A stretch of DNA of 64,000 nt from Octopus vulgaris (Eukaryota). Location: positions 49,600,001 through 49,664,000 of the forward strand of contig OX597833.1 in the NCBI GenBank assembly GCA_951406725.2, given 5' to 3'. Positions 12,625 to 27,123 of the stretch are shown here, piece by piece; the first letter of the stretch is position 1, and every line of letters begins with the position of its first letter. The notes under the pieces are model-generated. The model was given only the letters and a program-made list of their open reading frames with translations, did not search any database and was not told where the DNA came from. The position numbers and the translations under genes are program-made.

Positions 12625-12846
12625 TATTTCCTTATTACCCACAAGGGGCTAAACATAGAGGCGACAAACAAGGACAGACAAACGGATTAAGTCAATGACA
12701 TCTACCCCAGTGTATAACTGGTACTTAATTTATCGACCCCGAAAGGATGAAAGGCAAAGACGACCTCGGCGGAATTTGAACTCAGAACGTAACGGCAGAC
12801 GAAATACGCTCGGCGTGCTAACGTTTCTGCCAGCTCGCCGCCTTTT
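12625..12846 (-). mobile_element. SINE family B monomer with perfect 14-bp TSD
   Basis: tcattgttagtata at 12611-12624 and 12847-12860. Confidence 0.93.
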
Positions 12847-13894
12847 TCATTGTTAGTATAAAGTCTTACTTTCAGAAAACGTTTAATTCAGAAAATGCTA
12901 CATATTTAGCCCGACTAGATCAATCTGTGAGGCACGTGAATTCCAATTTCGGCATCGTGGGTTTGAACCTCTCGTTGAGTCTAACTGTCATTTAATTCTC
13001 CACATGAAATTCTAGAATTCCTAAAATTTATAATTCCGAAGTTTAAATATTGTCTTTTAAAACATTTTCATTAAAGAATAATATTTCAACAATAATTGAC
13101 TTTAACCTTCATTAACCTAAAGTCTCGGTTTTATGCAAATATTGGATTCTGCTTGTCTATAAAACTTCGAGTATAGTGTTCAGTGTTAGCCGTCAAAGTT
13201 ATACAGACAAGAAAGATTGTATTATCGAATAATTCCTAACTAAGTTTGATGAAAATAAATCTTGGCTTCGTTTACTTTACCGCTAATGCATCGTTTCCTT
13301 TATCTCATATATCTGTTATTCATCTAACTCTACTTTCGAAGCAATATCAAATGGATGTTTTCTTTAAATGGAAGCAATAGCGATAGTAGTATTTCCATGG
13401 TTTCCGGATTTTTAATTATAGCACGCAGTCGTAACCCAAAATATTACGTTGTCTCTACCGAGGCTAAAATAATAGCTTTTTATAAACGCAAGAGCAGACA
13501 CTCTTGGCAAAGGTGATATTATACTTTCGAACAACGAAATGAAAATCGTCGCTGAATAGTATATAACGAAAAGCAAATACAGACAAACCGGATATGTGAT
13601 ATAGCAAATTTAAAATGAGAATACTGTATTGTTGAACGTGTTAACCACTCTCCTGCAGGAAGTATCATTAACGCTTTACATAAAGGGAGGTTTCGTACAC
13701 ATAAATATTACTTGTAACAAGCATGGAATTCAGAACTTAAAAACGAGAAAATGGAATCTGAGTACTTCTGTTATTCATGCGAGTAAAATTAAATTGTTTC
13801 ATCGCGAGCTTGGTTAGGGCTCTTCCAGAGTTGCAGACGGAGCCGTAGCTTGCTTTTTTCATCTTACTCGAGATAACTAAATTTCTCTACCGAC

Positions 13895-14392
13895 GCCTTA
13901 CTATATTCTGAACGCCTTACTTCCCTGGGCATGGATACATTGAAACTCCGACGTCTGGCAGCTGACTTGGCAGACACCCATAAAATTATTAACCATCGTA
14001 CAAACAATAACTCTGAGCACCTTTTCAAACTCCACCTGTCTAACACCCGTGGACATGTTTACAAAGTCAGAAAACAGCACAGCTCCCATGACTTTCGGAA
14101 ACAGTTTTTCACGCTAAGAGTTGCTGAAGCACGGATCAAACTGCCGACATCAGTTGTTAGTTGTCGGAGCTCTGCATCCTTCAAAACTTCCATGCTTCCT
14201 GAGATTCACCAACACTACACCTGATTTTCTCCCCTCCATACACACGCAAGCATGTATCCGATTCATACACTGTTCACATTCCAGACACTTGTACATTACT
14301 GCATATGCTTTATACGCACTTTTGACAAGTTGTGGTGCACCTGAGCACTGTAGACAATAATTTCATTATATTATTATTATTATTATTATTAT
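13895..14392 (+). mobile_element. CR1-group LINE 3' fragment (ORF2 C-terminus, 3' UTR, (ATT)n tail)
   Basis: YSERLTSLGMDTLKLRRLAADL...NTRGHVYKV...FFTLRV...LPTSVV...SFK matches the CR1-group ORF2 end. Confidence 0.88.
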
Positions 14393-14968
14393 TTGTAGGA
14401 AATGAAAAGCATATCAGTTAATGTCTTGTCAGATAAACCACGCTTGCACTAGGTTAGAGCATCTTCGGACGTAGGTCTCCTCGCTAGAACTGACAATAAT
14501 TTGGAACTCCACGACAGCAGGCAGTCTTTCTAATATCAAACATCTCTATATAGGCATAACTCCTCTAATACCTATGAGACAGAAGGTAAATATCGGTCTA
14601 TTCATATATTGATCTCTTTCACCAGTAAGAGGAACATCAAAGTTTGTTTTTCTTTCTTTTTTTGTTAATAATGCAACACTTTGTCTTCAAAGAAATGAAT
14701 TATATATATTTACTTATTATCTCAGCAATTTCTAAAATTGGCCTGCCTAAACCTTCCAGTCTTGCATGACTGGGAGATTTTAACTTAAGAGCCATTAGTC
14801 ATTATTGGTTGTTAAGCGTAAGTTATGTTCCTTGGGCTGGTTTATAACAAATTTAAAGAATGTTCTAAAATAACTTCTTTCAGGGTGTTAAATAAGCTCA
14901 CATACGGTACGAAAAGTAATATAAGTGGAGAAAAGGCGTACAGGTTAAAGGATTGAAATCTTAAATTA

Positions 14969-15051
<83 letters not shown>

Positions 15052-15206
15052 GGCGCAGGCATGGCTGTGTAGTAAGAAGCTTGCTTCCCAACTACGTAGT
15101 TCGGAGTTCAGTCCCACTCGTGGCACCTTGGGCATTTGTCTTCAACTATAGCATCGGGCCGACCGAAGTCTTGTGAGTAGTAGACGGAAACTGAAAGAAG
15201 CCCATC

Positions 15207-15252
<46 letters not shown>

Positions 15253-15460
15253 ATGTATGTGTGTGTATAATTATGTATATGTCTGCGTTTGTCCCCATTG
15301 CCATCGCTTGACAACCGATGCTGGTTTGTCCATGTCCTTCATAACCTAGCGGTTCGGCAAAAATGACCCATAAAATAATTACTAGGCTTTATTATACTAA
15401 AACCAATGAAGGTGATACTCTAGCATGGCTGCAGTCAAATGACTAAAACAATTAAAAAGA
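15052..15460 (+). mobile_element. SINE family A, diverged full length
   Basis: Head, internal microsatellite and tail align with 7937-8352. Confidence 0.88.
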
Positions 15461-17181
15461 TTGAGTAAGAAGAATAAGTGGTGAAAATGTTTAAAGGTTT
15501 GAATACATGAAGTTATAAAGAAAGGGAGAGTATTTTGTCACGTCATATCATTTAGATTGATAAGATTTTTTTGCAATGATAGTCGGGAGAAATAAGATAG
15601 CAAAACAGTTAAAACCAAGAAGAATATCGTGATAAATACTTATGGCTTTTATATGGACAATCAGAGTGGTATATTCTTGTGTTTTTAGCAAATATTTATT
15701 GAAATGACGATATCTGTTGAATAGACCTGGTTTAACATTTAAATAATCCCCGGAAGCATTTAGGTTTTCGTGCAAGAATTTTGTCCATTCTCTACATAAT
15801 CCGCATGTTTTTGTACAGTTTCTTTATAATTTAGATCTTATGAGTATCATTCATATTATCAAATCCAGTACTGCGTTATTTTAAAATTCCTTATGTAATT
15901 AGATAATTCGTTGCATTGTCCTTTGCGATATTTCTCAAGGAAGAATTGCGGTTAAATGTTTATATATAACTTTAGCTATAGCTAAACAGCTTTATGCACG
16001 GTATTTGTATTTGTTTTGGTGGATGTTATCTCTGCTTCGTAAATAATGGCTTCAGTGTTGCATGACTTATATAGGAGAAATGTATTTCTATTTAATCATT
16101 TGTCGTTAACACTATTACTTTGTAGGATGGGGACCTTTTCACATCGGTGGTGCAGCAGAATGACAAGATATTAAGTTTTCATATTGATAGCATATTTCAG
16201 ATAAGGTTTATTTTTATTGAATTTGTTTCTCTATCGCTGATTGATGAGGGAATATGTATTTATAAAAGTTTTTTTTTTTGTCTTTGCTATATTAGACGTT
16301 TAGGGAAAAGAGGGTTATGAATCGGGTAATTGAACAGTTATATTTCTCATAAGTCGTGGGAAGATTAGATATATACTTGATCTTCTCTTTGGTTCTACTA
16401 TTATTGTCAAAAATGTCTTTATTTCATGACAGGTTACAGGTTCTCCTGACATTAATTATCATCCTTTTGGAAAATATAGATGGATGATAGGATTATGTGT
16501 TAATATATGCAGGTTTATCATTAAGTTTACAGTATGTTTTGCTTACGTCACTGGTTAAATTGAGAGTAACATTTAACATATTTGCAATAATTTCGTTAGT
16601 TCTGATAGTTAACTTTATACAGGAAATTTTGAAGGTATATACCTACATACACACAAACACGCATATTATCAGTTGGAACATCAGTTTTGAAAAAGACTTG
16701 AAAATGCATATTCTCAGGAAATATTCTGAATCTGCAGCACTTTCAGTCCTCAAAACGCATGAAGAGAAATATGTTTGCGAGTTATTAACATCACGCCCTG
16801 GAGGGATGAATACAACGACAGGAAAATTTCATCATATTTACACAAAACGGATTGATTAGATATTCTTCTTAATCTTTTTCAATTTTACTTTTCTTTTCTT
16901 TTTTCTCTTTCTTTCTTTTTCCTTTTTCCAGTTGCAAACTTGAAAAATGAAGACTGATAATGTCATTCCCTCAATGTGGGAACGCTGGTTGCCCTCGTTC
17001 AAATTTTGGATTTGAATTTCTATAATTTTGAATTTCTATGTATCGCTTTTCATTTTGAATTCGACAAAGACAGGCAAGCTGTCGAAATATCGCTCCACTA
17101 ATAAAATATCTATTGCAAACGCATCGCGCTCTTCGTATTCTTTATCTACCGTTGTGGGGGGTTTCATCAATCCTTTTAAAA

Positions 17182-17957
<776 letters not shown>

Positions 17958-18430
17958 TTTGTTGAGACATTTAGTACTTTTTTTTAGGAATGAAGACAGA
18001 TGTTCAAATTGCGAATTGTTAGAAAGAAACCCGATAGTTCTTTTCCTTATATGCAGTCAGTTTAAATCCGTTCAGAAGTACGTTTAGTATTCGTCTATAT
18101 GAGATCGGAAAAAAACCAACAAATAAAAAATGAATCGATTCCCCTATTAACACCCTTCACCACCCTTCAAAATACGAGGCATTGCGCCAAATGTAACAAT
18201 TATTATCGTTATTTCTCAATATGCATATATCAGATGTATCAAAAGGCCCACTTCCAAGAGCCTCATTTATATACGGGATTGCAGATATTTATCTACTAAC
18301 ATGCGTTATTTGTGAGTATATGTGTGTGTGTGTATGTGAGTGTCTTCGTGCGTGTGTGTTATCTGATGGTCGAATGAATTTCAAAGGAGTTCTTTTTAAC
18401 TTTTGCAATAGTCCTACTATTATTTGTAAG

Positions 18431-18475
<45 letters not shown>

Positions 18476-18660
18476 ATATGTGTGTGTTTGTATTATATAT
18501 ATATGTATGTATGTATGTTTATGCATGTTTTTATGTATTCACACATATACATATATAATTGTAGCTTGGAATTGATCCTATTTTAGTCCAGAATGTTGGA
18601 GTCAGCCTTGGTTTTTCTGCTGAATTCATTTCTTTCTGATGAATTTTACAAAATATTGGC

Positions 18661-18715
<55 letters not shown>

Positions 18716-18834
18716 ACACGCGCGCGCGCGCGCACAGTGAATTTCAATAAACAGGCTGTTCAAGAGGACATGCACAAGAAATGAATTAGCTTGACGCTCA
18801 GGCAGTCTTTTTGTCTACCAAATCTATTTACAAG

Positions 18835-18905
<71 letters not shown>

Positions 18906-18991
18906 CATCATTATTATTATTATTATTATTATTGTTGTTGTTGTTATTATTATCATTATTATTATTATTGTTGTTGTTATTATTATCATTA

Positions 18992-19065
<74 letters not shown>

Positions 19066-19155
19066 TGGTCTTATTTTTATCACATGCTTTCACTGTACTA
19101 CCGAGCACAACTCGGTAGTGTTGGTGATGTGCTTTGTGTCTTGGGTATGTTCTGT
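18835..19155 (-). mobile_element. (ATT)n tract plus 3'-UTR remnant of R4/Dong family 1
   Basis: 19063-19155 matches the 3' UTR at 17261-17340. Confidence 0.72.
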
Positions 19156-19487
19156 GGTTTATTTTGGTGTTTATACTTTCACGGCATTAAAAGTGCTTTA
19201 CGGAGGATGTGTTTGTTTACTAAATTCAATGGTACCTTTTAACCATGTTCGGTAAGTTCACCGCCATCAATTCACTGTGTTTTTTTTTCTTCAATAAAAT
19301 ACTTTTTAACTATAGGCGTAGGAGTGGCTGTGTGGTAAGTAGCTTGCTTACAAACCACATGGTTCCGGGTTCAGTCCCACTGCGTGGCACCTTGGGCAAG
19401 TGTCTTCCACTATAACATCGGGCCGACCAAAGGCTTGTGAGTGGATTTGGTAGACGGAAACTGAAAGAAGCCCGTCGTATATATATA

Positions 19488-19658
19488 TGATAGATCGTTA
19501 GCCACTACACACATTTTTCTCTCTCCTTTTTTCTGTGTCCCTTTCTGTAGAAGAGCGTAGGCTCGAAAAGTAAAAGACTTTTTCTATTCCTGAGCATTAA
19601 ACTAATACATCTGTTTGTTTTGTACACCACCTGTCTTCGTCTTTTGTCTTTTTCGTAA
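19488..19658 (+). mobile_element. Short non-coding Penelope-like repeat with hammerhead-like motif
   Basis: Second copy inverted at 47909-48106; adjoins a TA tract. Confidence 0.7.
19541..19576 (+). ncRNA. Minimal hammerhead-like motif, CUGUAGA variant
   Basis: cttt-CTGTAGA-a-gagc gtag gctc-GAAA-(a)g-TA-aaag; stems I and II pair perfectly. Confidence 0.55.
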
Positions 19659-20269
19659 AAGGATTACAAAGAATAAGCCCTAGTGTCGATTTGCTCGACT
19701 AAAAGTGGCGTTCCAGCATGGCCACAGTCACATGACTGAAACAATTAAAAGATAGTAAAAGAGTATTAATGGTGAGATGCTGTGGATACCTTTTCTCGGT
19801 TAACTTTCACTGCGGTGAACTTTGTTTACGGTGAACTTTCTTCAAAGATAGCGGTGAAATTATTTGTTTTGTCTTATATAATAATACCGTAGATTTTTGA
19901 TGATCATGAAGTGAAGGAAACTCATGTGTCAATGAAAAACATTTCATGAAGGAATGGAGAAGCTTGTAGCATCGATGATCCAAGTGTGATATAATGTGAG
20001 GTAATGTTGAGAAATGATGCACCTTTACGTTTAAAATATCCGATGTTGTACAAAATTGTTTAAAAATTAATGACAGAGAAAAAAAACCCCACTAAACGTT
20101 GCTGTTGTTACGAAAAGGAGCGGCTATGGTTATCGCAAACGTAGTGGCCTAATTGATTTCATAAGATAAAACCTGCACCGAAGGAGATCTCATCTAGTGA
20201 TCTGACGTAATTAATTTTCCCGCCAATATGAATCATCAGCGCAATGCAGATAATTAATGAGAAATACTT

Positions 20270-20630
20270 GTACGAAGTATCTCCAATTGCAAAGAGTGTG
20301 TTATACTTTCAAATGCTTTACAGTAATTAATCCATATTATGAGTTTTGTTATTACATTTACGTTATTACATTCTAGATGAGCAACCAGACTGTTATAGTG
20401 AATAGGTGTAAAGGCTTTGTATTTTGTTGCTATTTTGTTTTCGAGAGTTGGGGTTTCGCTGTGGCTCTTGTTTTCGAGAATCAATATTATTTCTCTGTAT
20501 CATAAACCAGTCAGATATCCATTATAATCGTTTTAACAATTCATTCTGGGACTACAAATTCTTTATCATTTTGGTGCATCAACTAACGTCTGAGATGCTT
20601 CCGTCAATTCCAGGTGCTCTGAAACTTTTA
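20270..20630 (-). pseudogene. Highly degenerate non-LTR reverse transcriptase fragment
   Basis: RAPGIDG (KAPGPDG motif) and IWINYCKAFESITHS (WIDYxKAFDSxxH motif) in the correct order, with frameshifts. Confidence 0.6.
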
Positions 20631-20835
20631 TCCTGTTATCCGACGGGACATAGTTGGTTTTCCGGCCATTCTCTCCCCCGCTCTCTCTCTCTCTCTTCCA
20701 AAATATCTTCTTTCAGTATTGATATACCGTAGATATTTGGAGTTTTCACTCTTATTTGTTTTAGTGCCCTGCTTTTTCTTTTCATGAAATAAATATAACA
20801 TTTCTTTTGCTTTTTCTTTTCCCAATTTATGTATA

Positions 20836-21264
20836 TACTCTTTTACTCTTTACTCTTTTACTTGTTTCAGTCATTTGACTGCGGCTATGCTGGAGCACCG
20901 CCTTTAATCGAGCAACTCGATCCCGGGACTTATTCTTTTGTAAACCCAGTACTTATTCTATCTGTCTCTTTTGCCGAACCGCTAAGTAATGGGGACGTAA
21001 ACACACCAGCATCGGTTGTCAAGCAATGCTAGGGGGACAAACACAGACACACACACACTCATATATATATATATATATACGACGGGCTTCTTTCAGTTTC
21101 CGTCTACCAAATCCACTCACAGGGCTTTGGTCGGCCCGAGGCTATAGTAAAAGACACTTGCCCAAGGTGCCACGCAGTGGGACTGAACCCGGAACCATGT
21201 GGTTGGTAAACAAGCTAATTACCACACAGCCACTTATAAACAAGCTACTTACCACAGTCACTTA
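20836..21264 (-). mobile_element. SINE family A
   Basis: Consensus match; small duplication of the head end. Confidence 0.9.
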
Positions 21265-21280
21265 TAAATATATATATATT

Positions 21281-21517
21281 TATAAAAATGAGAAAAAAAC
21301 CCACCTTTTATCAATTCAAAAATGAAAAATTAAATTATACCATTTAGAAAAATTAAATATAGAAAGATTAAATATAAGATAAAACATAACAATGATTAAG
21401 TAATATGTTATATGTTTTATCTTATATTTAATCTTTCTATATTTAATTTTTCTAAATGGTATAATTTAATTTTTCATCATTGAATTGATAAAAGGTGTTT
21501 TTTCTTTCTAATTTATA
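21281..21517. repeat. Long AT-rich inverted repeat (~107-bp arms, 22-bp spacer)
   Basis: 21281-21388 is nearly the reverse complement of 21411-21517. Confidence 0.92.
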
Positions 21518-21692
21518 CTCTTTACTCTTTTACTCTTTTACTTGTTTCAGTCATTTGACTGTGGACATGCTGGAGCACCGCTGTAGGCATACTGGAGTTT
21601 TCCCTCTTATATATATTGTATTTTGGGAAATTTGGTATAGAATTTTCTAAATTGAATTTTTCCCTGTAAGTTTGGAATAATATTCTCTCATT

Positions 21693-21771
<79 letters not shown>

Positions 21772-22514
21772 CATATAAATATACATACATATATATCTGC
21801 ATGTGTGTGTGTATAGTATACTTTAGTTTCCCTTTTCTTTAATTCGGCTAAGAATGGTCTTGCTAAGCTCGATATCCCCCCGATACTAGCATGACTACTG
21901 AATAGACGATCAAATCCTTAGCCTGTTGCTATTCAGATTTATTTCTGCATAAATAATTTATTGCAGGCATTGCTCGTATTATTCTTTTATGAAGATATCT
22001 GTTCATTCGTAGCTTCTACAGTCCCTTTCTCTTGATCCATATTCATTGATTTTGTTATGGCCGTTTCTGTTTTTCTTTATTGCGTCTGATAGATTTTTCC
22101 GTAATGTTTTAACTCTGGTTAATCTATCGTGATGCGTATTTTTATTACGCTTATTGTCAAGTGTGTGATCGAGTATGTATTTTTTGTAGCAGCTGAGCAT
22201 TTGGTTGGTTGTTTCCATGGGCACATACGTGGTCATCATCCTGTTTTCCTTTTGTGTTTGCTTTTATTCTCGCCGTAATGGCTCCTTTTCACCGTGTGTA
22301 ATGGGTTCCTTTATATTTTCATTATGTTTTCAAATCTCATTTATTGTACGATATCTACTTTCCTTTTGTGGAGACTTACGTGTTTTTATGCGTAATGGAT
22401 TATGACGTGATGCTTCTGTTTGTTAGCGAAAGATGACTCTGTGTACGATTTTTCGATTGTTTTGTTTTAATTTTGCTCTGCATTTCTGTAAGAGTTGCAC
22501 TATTCCGATATCTC

Positions 22515-23441
22515 TCTCTCTTTTTACTTGTTTCAGTCAGTTGACTGCGGCCCATGCTGGAGCACCACCTTTAGTCGAGCAACTCGACTCCGGGACTTAT
22601 TTTTTGTAAGCCCAGTACTTATTCTATCGGTCTCTTGTTTCAGTCAGTTAACTGCGGCCGTGCTGGAGCACCGCCTTTAGTCGAGCAACTCGGCCCCGGG
22701 ACTTATTCTTTGTAAGCCCAGTACTTATTCTATCGGTCTCTTGTTTCAGTCAGTTGACTGCGGCCGTGCTGGAGCACCGCCTTTAGTCGAGCAACTCGAC
22801 CCCCAGGACTTATTCTTTGTAAGCCCAGTACTTATTCTATCGGTCTCTTGTTTCAGTCAGTTGACTGCGGCCATGCTGGCGCACCGCCTTTAGTCGAGCA
22901 ACTCGACATCGGGACTTATTCTTTGTAAGCCCAGTACTTATTCTATCGGTCTCTTGTTTCAGTCAGTTGACTGCGGCCATGCTGGAGCACCGCCTTTAGT
23001 CGAGCAGCTCGACCCCCAGGACTTATTCTTTGTAAGCCCAGTACTTATTCTATCGGTCTCTTGTTTCAGTCAGTTGACTGCGGCCATGCTGGAGCACCGC
23101 CTTTAGTCGAGCAAATCGACCCCGGAACTTATTCTTTGTAAGCCCAGTACTTATTCTATCGGTCTCTTTTGCCGAACCGCTAAGTTACGGTGACATAAAC
23201 ACACCAGCATCGGTTGTCAAGCGATGTTGGGGGACAAACACAGACACACAAACATACACATACACACACGTATACATATATACGACGGGCTTCTTTCAGT
23301 TTCCGTCTACCAAATCCACTCACAAGGCTTTGGTCGGCTCGAGGCTATAGTAAAAGACACTTGCCCAAGGTGCCCCGCAGCGGGACTGAACCCGGAACCA
23401 TGTGGTTGGTAAGCAAGCTACTTACCACACAGCCACTCCTA
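22515..23441 (-). mobile_element. SINE family A with six tandem copies of its 106-107-bp 3' domain
   Basis: Units start at 22527, 22634, 22740, 22847, 22953 and 23060. Confidence 0.95.
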
Positions 23442-23759
23442 GTTTTTTTTATTATTATAAATCTTCGCACATTCACAAGGGCTCTTGAGCTTCGATTTTG
23501 TTTCATATCGTCATCATTGTCTTCCTCATGTCATATACATGACATCTGTAAGGTTTGTCTCAGTTGGACATAACATAACACGAGTGTAACACTTTCAAGT
23601 TTTGTTATGTTTTCGTGGACACTTACTACAGAATATGTCACTTTTAGAGGAGAGAGAGCATTCATATATAGAGAAGATAATATTCATTTGGCCAAATTTT
23701 AGCTATATTATTTTGTGTAATAAGAGCACGCAAAATGCTAAACTACTTACTCTCCTTAA

Positions 23760-24001
23760 TCTTTACTCTTTACAATTTACTCTTTTTCTTGTTTCAGTCA
23801 TTTGAGTGTGGCAATGCTGCAGCACCGTCTTTAGTCGAGCGAATCGATCCCAGGATTTATTCTTTGTAAGCCTAGTACTTATTCTATCGGTCTGTCTTAG
23901 CCGAACCGCTAAGTTACGGGGACGTAAACACACCAGTATCAGCTGTCAAGCGACTTTGGGAGGGGGAACAAACACAGACACACAAACATACACATACACA
24001 G

Positions 24002-24010
<9 letters not shown>
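23760..24010 (-). mobile_element. SINE family A 3' half
   Basis: Tail and 3' domain running into (TA)n. Confidence 0.85.
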
Positions 24011-24780
<770 letters not shown>

Positions 24781-25369
24781 TGTAAATGATGTTACGCTTA
24801 CCACGACATGATAACATGAGTCACTTCTAAGGCAATGATCTGGACAACTTGGGACCTCGGGACGAAACCTATTTTCCCCACATGTTCTATTATTCATTCG
24901 TCACTGATTCATTTAACACGATGCTTTATGAGAACTAAACACGTGTGATAAATGAGAATGGATGAATTTGAATTATCAATAAAAATAGATTTCTTTAATC
25001 CTTACATTACCATTATTTCGTCCCTTTTTTTTCTCATGATCGTTACTCTGATATATTGGTTATAACATCTCTCCAGATGTTTTCTAACGGAAGAAGCATT
25101 TGAATAAATCTGCTCTTTATTGCCGATGTGGGTTTGAAAAGGGTTTTTCTCACGTAAGACATGTTACATTTATGAGATTTTTGTGACCGTGTGCTAAACG
25201 ATTCACATTCAAACATCTCGCAAAAGGCTCAACATGGCCCCTAAATATACGTCTAAAAAGAGACTAGTGTTGCTTATTTATGTGATTGCACTTATTTTTT
25301 TGCATGCACGCAATCTCTTTCTTTGTCCTTTATATCTCGCTTTATCCTTTTTCTATTTCACTCAGACCC

Positions 25370-25752
25370 ACACATATGACAGGTTTTTCAACACAATTTC
25401 AGTCTCCCAAATACATTCACAAGACAAGACATTGGTCGGTCATAAGCTATAGTAGAGGACAGCAAAGAAGTCACGCAGTGGGATTGAACCTGAAACTACG
25501 TGGTTTCAAAGCAAGCCTCTTAACCACACACTCAAGTCTGCACCAATATACACAACCAGGCGTTGGAGTGGCTGTGTGGTAAGTAGCTTGCTTACAAACC
25601 ACAGGGTTCTGGGTTTAGTCCCACTGCGTGGCACCTTGGGTAGGCGTTTTCTACTATAGCCTCGGGCCGACCAAAGCCTTGTGAGTGGATTTGGTAGACG
25701 GAAACTGAAAGAAGCCCGCCGTATATAAGTATATATATATATATATGTTTGG

Positions 25753-25796
<44 letters not shown>

Positions 25797-26068
25797 GTGT
25801 GTGTTTGTGTGTATGTGTGTGTGTATGTGAGTGTATGTTTGTGTGTGTGTTTGTCACCACAATATGGCTTGAAACCGATGCTGGTGTATTTACGTCCCCG
25901 TAAATTAGTGGTTCGTCAAAAGTGACCAATAAAAATAAGTACTAGGCTAACAAAGAATAAGTCATGGGGGTCTATTTGTTCGACTAAAGGCGGTGCTCCA
26001 GCATGGCCACAGTCAAATGACTGAAACAAGCAAAAGAATAAAAGAATAGAAGAATAAAAGAATCAAAA
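25370..26068. mobile_element. Head-to-head SINE family A pair (old minus 5' half 25370-25544; full plus copy 25559-26068)
   Basis: Both match the family A head; ~15-bp spacer. Confidence 0.82.
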
Positions 26069-26467
26069 GAAGCGTGAACCTGTGACTCAGTGCGCCTGAA
26101 GGGCATGGCATGCGTTAGCAAATGTGTGTTCCTGTAAAACAACACGGAAAAATAAACCAAATACTTTAAAGATTATGTCGGAAATATAAACGCACATTAT
26201 TCAATTTAATGTATGTTATCAAACGTTGTATTATTTAACCAAGTTCTGTCATCTCGCCCAAGAGAAACTAAATGAACGTGTTGAAAAAATATTTAAAATA
26301 TTCTAATAGTTTTTGTGTGACAGCTATCAGCAGTACACCAATGCCATTCAGTGTTATCTCCTTTTATTACATACAATTATTTACTGTAATTTATCGCTCT
26401 ATTATCGGCAATATATATATATACGTCTATATATATATATAGATATTTCTCTCTCTCTCTCTCTCTC

Positions 26468-26621
<154 letters not shown>

Positions 26622-27123
26622 TATGTGTGTATGTATGTACATGTTATGTGGGTGTGTGAGTTGCATTATTGTTTAGAATAATTAGAATACTTCGTTAACC
26701 TCAACCTGTATCAAGAATCAGGTTAGACACAGAGCTGTGAAATTCAAAAGAATCATGTCTAGCAAGTAATACAGTACATTAATACATACTCTTGAGAATT
26801 TCATTTTCAATATTTAACAAGCCAGCACCTATCAACCTTTCTATGACCTCTCAGACAAGTAAGAGAACACTATATATTCAACCTCAAAGTTGGCCCGATC
26901 GCTTGCAGCGTAGTCGAATCTACTAAATATAAAACTTAGAGTGTTTTTTGTGTACTCGATATGCGAAAGACCATGAAAAAATCCGCGAATTCAGTTCTGT
27001 AGAAAATGCGAAGGATAAAGCTATAAGCCTAAGCATCCGGCTAAACATATTTGATAGTAAATGCCACGTAAATGCTTCCTACGTAGAAGGCTCATAAATC
27101 AAAATAGTAACAAAGAACGAGGG

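Larger units (their letters stand above)
19315..19765 (+). mobile_element. SINE family A with its middle replaced by a hammerhead-bearing element
   Basis: Head 19315-19487, tail 19662-19765. Confidence 0.87.

Noticed and set aside
15548-16860. Possible ancient Penelope GIY-YIG/RT remnant on the minus strand
   Set aside because: Only vague residue patterns (CGLC, HF); needs a translated HMM search.
21950-22500. A-rich minus-strand ORF-like segment, possible LINE remnant
   Set aside because: No diagnostic motif recognised.
22527-23165. CRISPR-like regular array
   Set aside because: There are no unique spacers; whole units are identical SINE fragments in eukaryotic DNA with no cas genes.
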